Below are positions 21,440 through 32,795 of a stretch of 64,000 bases of DNA, piece after piece. Under the pieces are notes generated by a model. It worked only from the letters and a program-made list of their open reading frames with translations. It had not been told where the DNA came from and searched no databases. Source of the stretch: Auanema rhodensis (taxonomy: Eukaryota > Animalia > Nematoda); the NCBI GenBank assembly GCA_964057225.1, contig OZ059895.1:17856001-17920000 (forward strand). The letters are read 5' to 3'. The translations under genes and the position numbers were made by a program. Numbering within the stretch: the first letter of the stretch is position 1; every line of letters begins with the position of its first letter.

Positions 21440-22404
21440 CAATTGTTTTATATATAATAAATACTTAATTTCACTCATTTGTTCTCTCTCTCTTTTTTTT
21501 TCATAACACAAACTTTGGTCGAGCTTATTAATAAAGAAGGAGTGCGTGCGCCTTGGGAAAATGGCTCATGTGCACGTTGATTATTAAAAGCCGTGGGCGA
21601 TTCTTTTTCGGAATGATTATGGCATGCTAATGAGATTCCGAGAATATTTAAAAAGATTGCTCATTTTACTAATGGACTGAGACCAAAGCTCGTTTATAAA
21701 ACGCAATTTTTTTCTTTAAACCATTCTACTAATTTATAGAATATTACAATATGAATACTACGGTAGGTGTGTGGGAATATCTTATGATGTTAGCAACAAA
21801 AATGAGCTGAGGAAGGTGACACATTCTACGGAGAAGAAAACATCCGTAGCCCATGTGCTTTCGCCAAAATGACCTGACAGGCAATAAAATTTGTGCCAGG
21901 ATTTTTCGGACTAGTGTGGTCTATTCTCACAATCAAAAAAAAATAAAAACCGAATAACGGCTCCCGCAAAAATATTTAGTTAGCATGCTCTTTTACGCCT
22001 GAATTTAACTTTCAAATCTCTAGTCCTGACCACAATAAAATATTAAACTTTGTGCGCTTTCAAAATTTCATTCTAACTCCTCGTTGCCAAATAATAATGT
22101 AATCAAAATTTCGTTTGGTGAAATTGTCCCCTATTTCGATCCAAACGTCCTCAAAAAAAAATGCAAGAGAAGCGGTGCAGGATACGGTATTATAAGGGTG
22201 GACACTCAGACGGTTTTATGAGTGGGGACAGCGGGTGAAATTTCAAAATTATATAGTCCTAGCTCTCTAAAAGAGAGATCCCTTGTACCTGCACCTTATA
22301 CAAGTTGGCGCCCTCATTATGTTGCTAACCGTGGAGGAAGTTTTAATTTAGATATCAAAATATGGACTTTTTATGCGAGTTTTTTGCGACAAAAATGAGT
22401 TCGA

Positions 22405-22417
22405 GGTGGAACCTCCA
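22405..22417 (-). promoter_or_regulatory. Primer-binding site complementary to the tRNA-Gln 3' end
   Basis: TGGAGGTTCCACC directly follows the 5' LTR; it is the complement of the animal tRNA-Gln 3' end GGTGGAACCT-CCA. Confidence 0.85.
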
Positions 22418-22783
22418 CGTTCCATTATGCTCCTACGTATATTGAACAGACCATTGTAGTCTGCTCAACTACGCGTATAGTATTCCATAAGTGTAGCGGT
22501 ATGGAAACAGAGCATAAGGATTACATAAGATAAGGAAATATATAGGTTTATTATACACAATACAATATCATTACAATACAATAACACAAGTATAAAGTAA
22601 ACTACATTTACAAGACAAAGACTAATATATAAGATTAACTAAGTTAGATGCAAACCGTCCATGGGCTTGCAAAGGGGCGAACTCCCGAATAGGGGCATGA
22701 GGGAAGGCGGTGCCATTCCTCATTCCTCTAGTCGGTCTGGCTCTAACCCTGTAGTTACATATATAGAGTCTCCGAATGGAACG
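22418..22783 (-). repeat. 5' LTR of gypsy family A
   Basis: Direct repeat of 10715-11080 with no differences seen by eye; adjacent to the PBS. Confidence 0.95.
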
Positions 22784-24883
22784 CCCTCAACTGCTGAGCT
22801 TCGCCTCGTTCTTGTTTCTATTTGTTTCATATTGTTCATCCACAAACAGTGACTGTATAGAAATATTTTTCTATCTTATTGTAGCCTCTATAGCTCAGTG
22901 GCAGAGCGTTGGTCTTGTAAACCAAAGGTCGGTGGTTCAATCCCGCCTGGAGGCAATTTTTTTCTTTCTGAACACCTCAGTTTGAAGAAATAACATCTGT
23001 AAATCAATTCAAAATTACCCTCAACTGCTGAGCTTCGCCTCGTTCTTGTTTCTATTTGTTTCATATTGTTCATCCACAAACAGTGACTGTATAGAAATAT
23101 TTTTCTATCTTATTGTAGCCTCTATAGCTCAGTGGCAGAGCGTTGGTCTTGTAAACCACAGGTCGGTGGTTCAATCCCGCCTGGAGGCATTTTTTTTCTT
23201 TCTGAACACCTCAGTTTGAAGAAATAACATCTGTAAATCAATTCAAAATTACCCTCAATTGCTGAGCTTCGCCTCGTTCTTGTTTCTATTTGTTTCATAT
23301 TGTTCATCCACCAACAGTGACTGTATAGAAATATTTTTCTATCTTATTGTAGCCTCTATAGCTCAGTCGCCTGGAGGCAATTTTTTTTCTTTCTGACCAC
23401 CTCAGTTTGAAGAAATAACATCTGTAAATCAATTCAAAATTACCCTCAACTGCTGAGCTTCGCCTCGTTCTTGTTTCTATTTGTTTCATATTGTTCATCC
23501 ACCAACAGTGACTGTATAGAAATATTTTTCTATCTTATTGTAGCCTCTATAGCTCAGTGGCAGAGCGTTGGTCTTGTAAACCAAAGGTCGGTGGTTCAAT
23601 CCCGCCTGGAGGCAATTTTTTTTCTTTCTGAACACCTCAGTTCGAAGAAATAACATCTGTAAATCAATTCAAAACTACCCTCAACTGCTGAGCTTCGCCT
23701 CGTTCTTGTTTCTATTTGTTGCATATTGTTCATCCACAAACAGTGACTGTATAGAAATATTTTTCTATCTTATTGTAGCCTCTATAGCTCAGTGGCAGAG
23801 CGTTGGTCTTGTAAACCAAAGGTCGGTGGTTCAATCCCGCCTGAAGGCAATTTTTTTCTTTCTGAACACCTCAGTTTGAAGAAATAACATCTGTAAATCA
23901 ATTCAGAATTACCCTCAACTGCTGAGCTTCGCCTCGTTCTTGTTTCTATTTGTTTCATATTGTTCATCCACAAACAGTGACTGTATAGAAATATTTTTAT
24001 ATCTTATTGTAGCCTCTATAGCTCAGTGGCAGAGCGTTGGTCTTGTAAACCAAAGGTCGGTGGTTCAATCCCGCCTGGAGGCATTTTTTTTCTTTCTGAA
24101 CACCTCAGTTTGAAGAAATAACATCTGTGAATCAATTCAAAATTACCCTCAACTGCTGAGCTTCGCCTCGTTCTTGTTTCTATTTGTTTCATATTGTTCA
24201 TCCACCAACAGTGACTGTATAGAAATATTTTTCTATCTTATTGTAGCCTCTATAGCTCAGTGGCAGAGCGTTGGTCTTGTAAACCAAAGGTCGGTGGTTC
24301 AATCCCGCCTGGAGGCATTTTTTTAATTTCTGAACACCTTAGTTTGAAGAAATAACATCTGTAAATCAATTCAAAACTACCCTCAACTGCTGAGCTTCGC
24401 CTCGTTCTTGTTTCTATTTGTTTCATATTGTTCATCCACAAACAGTGACTGTATAGAAATATTTTTCTATCTTATTGTAGCCTCTATAGCTCAGTGGCAG
24501 AGCGTTGGTCTTGTAAACCAAAGGTCGGTGGTTCAATCCCGCCTGAAGGCAATTTTTTTCTTTCTGAACACCTCAGTTTGAAGAAATAACATCTGTAAAT
24601 CAATTCAAAATTACCCTCAACTGCTGAGTTTCGCCTCGTTCTTGTTTCTATTTGTTTCATATTGTTCATCCACAAACAGTGACTGTATAGAAATATTTTT
24701 ATATCTTATTGTAGCCTCTATAGCTCAGTGGCAGAGCGTTGGTCTTGTAAACCAAAGGTCGGTGGTTCAATCCCGCCTGGAGGCATTTTTTTTCTTTCTG
24801 AACACCTCAGTTTGAAGAAATAACATCTGTAAATCAATTCAGAATTACCCTCAACTGCTGAGCTTCGCCTCGTTCTTGTTTCT
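22784..24883 (+). repeat. tRNA-Thr(TGT) array block 2 (~9 units, one deleted)
   Basis: Same 234-bp unit; resumes in register at the CCCT TSD. Confidence 0.95.
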
Positions 24884-26353
24884 TGGAAAAGCATCAAGAA
24901 TTAGCAAAAAAGAAACATGATGCTCGATTACGCACTCACGAAAGAGATATACAAAAAGGAGACTGCGTTATGTTAGCTGTGAAAATGCACAAGCCAGGAC
25001 AAAAGCTTCGGAAAGCTTATGATGGACCATTTGAAGTTATAAATGTGAAGGGAAACATGGTTCAAATCAAAAACCTTTTCGGAAAGATCCAAGACGTTCA
25101 CAAGGACAATCTCAAATTATTTAATCGAGAAACAGATGACGGAATCGCACATATGCCCAGTGCACGTACAGACAGCTCAGACGATGACAGCGTTATCGAA
25201 ATCATAGAGGTTATCAACGGAAACAACAACGATGAAGACTCTTATGACGAACCAGAAGACCTTTCGGATACAAATTGGCTACCATCAAGAAGAAACCATT
25301 AACTCATGAGATTTTATCGTAAATTGTTTTGTAATAACTTTCTTTAAAGTAATACTAGAACACAAATTTTGTAACGAGTCCTCTAAAACAAGTCACTCTT
25401 AAGTCAAAAAGTAAACTAGAGCATAATGAATACGGGAAATGTGAGAAGATAATTCTTTATCATACAGTTCGAACCTTCCTAATTTCAACTAACATCCCCA
25501 TACTAGATGAGATGAAAAATGAAAGACATAGTTTGCAACAATATCTGAGCAACAGTCTTCACTTGAGTAATCAATGACTAAATTTGGAAGTTATTTGGTA
25601 TTACGCAAAACTTTTCTTTTTTTCTAAACTCACACAAATTGAAACAAACAACCGAGCTCTAAAAAAAAAAAAAAAATAGTTAACTTTTTGTCTACACTTG
25701 TTAGAGCGTTATGCTTAAAAACTTTTTTTATTATTATTTTATAAGCACGTTCGCCAATAAAACATAGTCTAGTATTCGTTAAAGAGGGTTAAAACTTTCA
25801 TAATTTGGTTAAAAATTTTTAATTCTTTTCAGATACTGATGTTTTATATTGTATTATGTTCATATTATAAGAATTTTACGTAAAATATTGTATTGTAACA
25901 TGTACTTTAATACACACATTAACCCTTCTGCTACAGTTAATCAAGTCAAAACTTTTGATTGTCGCGAGGACGCGACATAAACTCGAAAAAGGGCACGTTC
26001 CATTCGGATGATCAATGCATTACATTCATATGACGAAGCTGTAGCAGGCGGGTTACAGTCAGAGAATGCGAGACTGAGAGAAGACGACCCGCCCTTTTCC
26101 ATATTACAACACTTCAGCTTTGCCTCAGGGACGATCATGGATGGTTGGTCGTTCTCTCTCTGTTCTCTATTAGTTTAACCTTTACTTAGTTATATGTATC
26201 TTATTGTAATCACGTAGATATAATAAACCAATCTTTCTCGCGTCTTATGTTTATCCTTATGCTCCATGTTTAACCGCTACATCTGGAATACTACCACGCT
26301 CATCTTGTAGACTCCATTGGTCTGTAAGATCGACGCGGGAGCATAACGGAACG
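24883..26353 (+). mobile_element. 3' fragment of gypsy family B (integrase C-terminus 24883-25302, 3' UTR, PPT, LTR)
   Basis: ORF with YDGPF motif homologous to the family A integrase tail; PPT AAAAAGGGCA at 25986-25995; 5' end fused to the array spacer. Confidence 0.92.
25996..26353 (+). repeat. 3' LTR of gypsy family B (358 bp)
   Basis: Starts CGTTCCATTCGGA after the PPT and ends GAGCATAACGGAACG, paralleling the family A LTR ends; AATAAA near 26222. Confidence 0.88.
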
Positions 26354-29300
26354 ACAGTCACTGTTTGTGGATGAACAATATGAAACAAATAGAAATAAGA
26401 ACGAGGCGAAGCTCAGCAGTTGAGGGTAATTCTGAATTGATTTACAGATGTTATTTCTTCAAACTGAGGTGTTCAGAAAAAAAAAATGCCTCCAGGCGGG
26501 ATTGAACCACCGACCTTTGGTTTACAAGACCAACGCTCTGCCACTGAGCTATAGAGGCTACAATAAGGAATAAAAATATTTCTATACAGTCACTGTTTGT
26601 GGATGAACAATATGCAACAAATAGAAACAAGAACGAGGCGAAGCTCAGCAGTTGAGGGTAATTCTGAATTGATTTACAAATGTTATTTCTTCAAACTGAG
26701 GTGTTCAGAAAGAAAAAAATGCCTCCAGGCGGGATTGAACCACCGACCTTTGGTTTACAAGACCAACGCTCTGCCACTGAGCTATAGAGGCTACAATAAG
26801 ATATAAAAATATTTCTATACAGTCACTGTTTGTGGATGAACAATATGAAACAAATAGAAACAAGAACGAGGCGAAGCTCAGCAGTTGAGGGTATTTCTGA
26901 ATTGATTTACAGATGTTATTTCTTCAAACTGAGGTGTTCAGAAAGAAAAAAAATTGCCTCCAGGCGGGATTGAACCACCGACCTTTGGTTTACAAGACCA
27001 ACGCTCTGCCACTGAGCTATAGAGGCTACAATAAGGAATAAAAATATTTCTATACAGTCACTGTTTGTGGATGAACAATATGCAACAAATAGAAACAAGA
27101 ACGAGGCGAAGCTCAGCAGTTGAGGGTAATTCTGAATTAATTTACAGATGTTATTTCTTCAAACTGAGGTGTTCAGAAAGAAAAAAAATTGCCTCCAGGC
27201 GGGATTGAACCACCGACCTTTGGTTTACAAGACCAACGCTCTGCCACTGAGCTATAGAGGCTACAATAAGGAATACGCGGGAGCATAACGGAACGACAGT
27301 CACTGTTTGTGGATGAACAATATGAAACAAATAGAAATAAGAACGAGGCGAAGCTCAGCAGTTGAGGGTAATTCTGAATTGATTTACAGATGTTATTTCT
27401 TCAAACTGAGGTGTTCAGAAAAAAAAAATGCCTCCAGGCGGGATTGAACCACCGACCTTTGGTTTACAAGACCAACGCTCTGCCACTGAGCTATAGAGGC
27501 TACAATAAGGAATAAAAATATTTCTATACAGTCACTGTTTGTGGATGAACAATATGCAACAAATAGAAACAAGAACGAGGCGAAGCTCAGCAGTTGAGGG
27601 TAATTCTGAATTGATTTACAGATGTTATTTCTTCAAACTGAGGTGTTCAGAAAGAAAAAAATGCCTCCAGGCGGGATTGAACCACCGACCTTTGGTTTAC
27701 AAGACCAACGCTCTGCCACTGAGCTATAGAGGCTACAATAAGATATAAAAATATTTCTATACAGTCACTGTTTGTGGATGAACAATATGAAACAAATAGA
27801 AACAAGAACGAGGCGAAGCTCAGCAGTTGAGGGTATTTCTGAATTGATTTACAGATGTTATTTCTTCAAACTGAGGTGTTCAGAAAGAAAAAAAATTGCC
27901 TCCAGGCGGGATTGAACCACCGACCTTTGGTTTACAAGACCAACGCTCTGCCACTGAGCTATAGAGGCTACAATAAGGAATACGCGGGAGCATAACGGAA
28001 CGACAGTCACTGTTTGTGGATGAACAATATGAAACAAATAGAAATAAGAACGAGGCGAAGCTCAGCAGTTGAGGGTAATTCTGAATTGATTTACAGATGT
28101 TATTTCTTCAAACTGAGGTGTTCAGAAAAAAAAAATGCCTCCAGGCGGGATTGAACCACCGACCTTTGGTTTACAAGACCAACGCTCTGCCACTGAGCTA
28201 TAGAGGCTACAATAAGATATAAAAATATTTCTATACAGTCACTGTTTGTGGATGAACAATATGAAACAAATAGAAACAAGAACGAGGCGAAACTCAGCAG
28301 TTGAGGGTAATTTTGAATTGATTTACAGATGTTATTTCTTCAAACTGAGGTGTTCAGAAAGAAAAAAATTGCCTTCAGGCGGGATTGAACCACCGACCTT
28401 TGGTTTACAAGACCAACGCTCTGCCACTGAGCTATAGAGGCTACAATAAGATAGAAAAATATTTCTATACAGTCACTGTTTGTGGATGAACAATATGAAA
28501 CAAATAGAAACAAGAACGAGGCGAAGCTCAGCAGTTGAGGGTAGTTTTGAATTGATTTACAGATGTTATTTCTTCAAACTAAGGTGTTCAGAAATTAAAA
28601 AAATGCCTCCAGGCGGGATTGAACCACCGACCTTTGGTTTACAAGACCAACGCTCTGCCACTGAGCTATAGAGGCTACAATAAGATATAAAAATATTTCT
28701 ATACAGTCACTGTTTGTGGATGAACAATATGAAACAAATAGAAACAAGAACGAGGCGAAGCTCAGCAGTTGAGGGTAATTCTGAATTGATTTACAGATGT
28801 TATTTCTTCAAACTGAGGTGTTCAGAAAGAAAAAAATTGCCTTCAGGCGGGATTGAACCACCGACCTTTGGTTTACAAGACCAACGCTCTGCCACTGAGC
28901 TATAGAGGCTACAATAAGATAGAAAAATATTTCTATACAGTCACTGTTTGTGGATGAACAATATGAAACAAATAGAAACAAGAACGAGGCGAAGCTCAGC
29001 AGTTGAGGGTAATTTTGAATTGATTTACAGATGTTATTTCTTCAAACTGAGGTGTTCAGAAAGAAAAAAATTGCCTCCAGGCGGGATTGAACCACCGACC
29101 TTTGGTTTACAAGACCAACGCTCTGCCACTGAGCTATAGAGGCTACAATAAGATAGAAAAATATTTCTATACAGTCACTGTTTGTGGATGAACAATATGA
29201 AACAAATAGAAACAAGAACGAGGCGAAGCTCAGCAGTTGAGGGTAATTTTGAATTGATTTACAGATGTTATTTCTTCAAACTAAGGTGTTCAGAAAGAAA

Positions 29301-32300
29301 AAAATTGCCTTCAGGCGGGATTGAACCACCGACCTTTGGTTTACAAGACCAACGCTCTGCCACTGAGCTATAGAGGCTACAATAAGATAGAAAAATATTT
29401 CTATACAGTCACTGTTGGTGGATGAACAATATGAAACAAATAGAAACAAGAACGAGGCGAAGCTCAGCAGTTGAGGGTAATTTTGAATTGATTTACAGAT
29501 GTTATTTCTTCAAACTAAGGTGTTCAGAAAGAAAAAAATTGCCTTCAGGCGGGATTGAACCACCGACCTTTGGTTTACAAGACCAACGCTCTGCCACTGA
29601 GCTATAGAGGCTACAATAAGGAATAAAAATATTTCTATACAGTCACTGTTTGTGGATGAACAATATGCAACAAATAGAAACAAGAACGAGGCGAAGCTCA
29701 GCAGTTGAGGGTAGTTTTGAATTGATTTACAGATGTTATTTCTTCAAACTGAGGTGTTCAGAAAGAAAAAAAATTGCCTTCAGGCGGGATTGAACCACCG
29801 ACCTTTGGTTTACAAGACCAACGCTCTGCCACTGAGCTATAGAGGCTACAATAAGATAGAAAAATATTTCTATACAGTCACTGTTGGTGGATGAACAATA
29901 TGAAACAAATAGAAACAAGAACGAGGCGAAGCTCAGCAGTTGAGGGTAATTTTGAATTGATTTACAGATGTTATTTCTTCAAACTAAGGTGTTCAGAAAG
30001 AAAAAAATTGCCTTCAGGCGGGATTGAACCACCGACCTTTGGTTTACAAGACCAACGCTCTGCCACTGAGCTATAGAGGCTACAATAAGGAATAAAAATA
30101 TTTCTATACAGTCACTGTTTGTGGATGAACAATATGCAACAAATAGAAACAAGAACGAGGCGAAGCTCAGCAGTTGAGGGTAGTTTTGAATTGATTTACA
30201 GATGTTATTTCTTCAAACTGAGGTGTTCAGAAAGAAAAAAAATTGCCTCCAGGCGGGATTGAACCACCGACCTTTGGTTTACAAGACCAACGCTCTGCCA
30301 CTGAGCTATAGAGGCTACAATAAGATAGAAAAATATTTCTATACAGTCACTGTTTGTGGATGAACAATATGAAACAAATAGAAACAAGAACGAGGCGAAG
30401 CTCAGCAGTTGAGGGTAATTTTGAATTGATTTACAGATGTTATTTCTTCAAACTGAGGTGTTCAGAAAGAAAAAAAATTGCCTCCAGGCGACTGAGCTAT
30501 AGAGGCTACAATAAGATAGAAAAATATTTCTATACAGTCACTGTTGGTGGATGAACAATATGAAACAAATAGAAACAAGAACGAGGCGAAGCTCAGCAGT
30601 TGAGGGTAATTTTGAATTGATTTACAGATGTTATTTCTTCAAACTGAGGTGTTCAGAAAGAAAAAAAATGCCTCCAGGCGGGATTGAACCACCGACCTTT
30701 GGTTTACAAGACCAACGCTCTGCCACTGAGCTATAGAGGCTACAATAAGATAGAAAAATATTTCTATACAGTCACTGTTTGTGGATGAACAATATGAAAC
30801 AAATAGAAACAAGAACGAGGCGAAGCTCAGCAGTTGAGGGTAATTTTGAATTGATTTACAGATGTTATTTCTTCAAACTGAGGTGTTCAGAAAGAAAAAA
30901 ATTGCCTCCAGGCGGGATTGAACCACCGACCTTTGGTTTACAAGACCAACGCTCTGCCACTGAGCTATAGAGGCTACAATAAGATAGAAAAATATTTCTA
31001 TACAGTCACTGTTTGTGGATGAACAATATGAAACAAATAGAAACAAGAACGAGGCGAAGCTCAGCAGTTGAGGGTAATTTTGAATTGATTTACAGATGTT
31101 ATTTCTTCAAACTAAGGTGTTCAGAAAGAAAAAAATTGCCTTCAGGCGGGATTGAACCACCGACCTTTGGTTTACAAGACCAACGCTCTGCCACTGAGCT
31201 ATAGAGGCTACAATAAGATAGAAAAATATTTCTATACAGTCACTGTTTGTGGATGAACAATATGAAACAAATAGAAACAAGAACGAGGCGAAGCTCAGCA
31301 GTTGAGGGTAGTTTTGAATTGATTTACAGATGTTATTTCTTCAAACTAAGGTGTTCAGAAATTAAAAAAATGCCTCCAGGCGGGATTGAACCACCGACCT
31401 TTGGTTTACAAGACCAACGCTCTGCCACTGAGCTATAGAGGCTACAATAAGATAGAAAAATATTTCTATACAGTCACTGTTGGTGGATGAACAATATGAA
31501 ACAAATAGAAACAAGAACGAGGCGAAGCTCAGCAGTTGAGGGTAATTTTGAATTGATTCACAGATGTTATTTCTTCAAACTGAGGTGTTCAGAAAGAAAA
31601 AAAATGCCTCCAGGCGGGATTGAACCACCGACCTTTGGTTTACAAGACCAACGCTCTGCCACTGAGCTATAGAGGCTACAATAAGATATAAAAATATTTC
31701 TATACAGTCACTGTTTGTGGATGAACAATATGAAACAAATAGAAACAAGAACGAGGCGAAGCTCAGCAGTTGAGGGTAATTCTGAATTGATTTACAGATG
31801 TTATTTCTTCAAACTGAGGTGTTCAGAAAGAAAAAAATTGCCTTCAGGCGGGATTGAACCACCGACCTTTGGTTTACAAGACCAACGCTCTGCCACTGAG
31901 CTATAGAGGCTACAATAAGATAGAAAAATATTTCTATACAGTCACTGTTTGTGGATGAACAATATGCAACAAATAGAAACAAGAACGAGGCGAAGCTCAG
32001 CAGTTGAGGGTAGTTTTGAATTGATTTACAGATGTTATTTCTTCGAACTGAGGTGTTCAGAAAGAAAAAAAATTGCCTCCAGGCGACTGAGCTATAGAGG
32101 CTACAATAAGAAAGAAAAATATTTCTATACAGTCACTGTTTGTGGATGAACAATATGAAAAAAATAGAAACAGGAACGAGGCGAAGCTCAGCAGTTGAAG
32201 GTAATTCTGAATTGATTTACAGATGTTATTTCTTCAAACTAAGGTGTTCAGAAAGAAAAAAAATGCCTCCAGGCGGGATTGAACCACCGACCTTTGGTTT

Positions 32301-32795
32301 ACAAGACCAACGCTCTGCCACTGAGCTATAGAGGCTACAATAAGATAGAAATATATTTCTATACAGTCACTGTTTGTGGATGAACAATATGAAACAAATA
32401 GAAACAGGAACGAGGCGAAGCTCAGCAGTTGAGGGTAGTTTTGAATTGATTTACAGATGTTATTTCTTCGAACTGAGGTGTTCAGAAAGAAAAAAAATTG
32501 CCTCCAGGCGACTGAGCTATAGAGGCTACAATAAGAAAGAAAAATATTTCTATACAGTCACTGTTTGTGGATGAACAATATGAAAAAAATAGAAACAGGA
32601 ACGAGGCGAAGCTCAGCAGTTGAAGGTAATTTTGAATTGATTTACAGATGTTATTTCTTCAAACTGAGGTGTTCAGAAAGAAAAAAAATGCTTCCAGGCG
32701 GTATTGAACCACCGACCTTTGGTTTACAAGACCAACGCTCTGCCACTGAGCTATAGAGGCTACAATAAGATAGAAAAATATTTCTATACAGTCAC
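26354..32795 (-). repeat. tRNA-Thr(TGT) array block 3, inverted orientation (~28 units, 3 deleted)
   Basis: Reverse complement of the same unit. Confidence 0.95.

Larger units (their letters stand above)
10715..22783 (-). mobile_element. Full-length Ty3/gypsy LTR retrotransposon / endogenous virus, family A
   Basis: Two 366-bp direct LTRs, flanking CCCT duplication (10711-10714, 22784-22787), PBS, PPT, and an uninterrupted polyprotein with PR-RT-RH-IN order. Confidence 0.97.
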
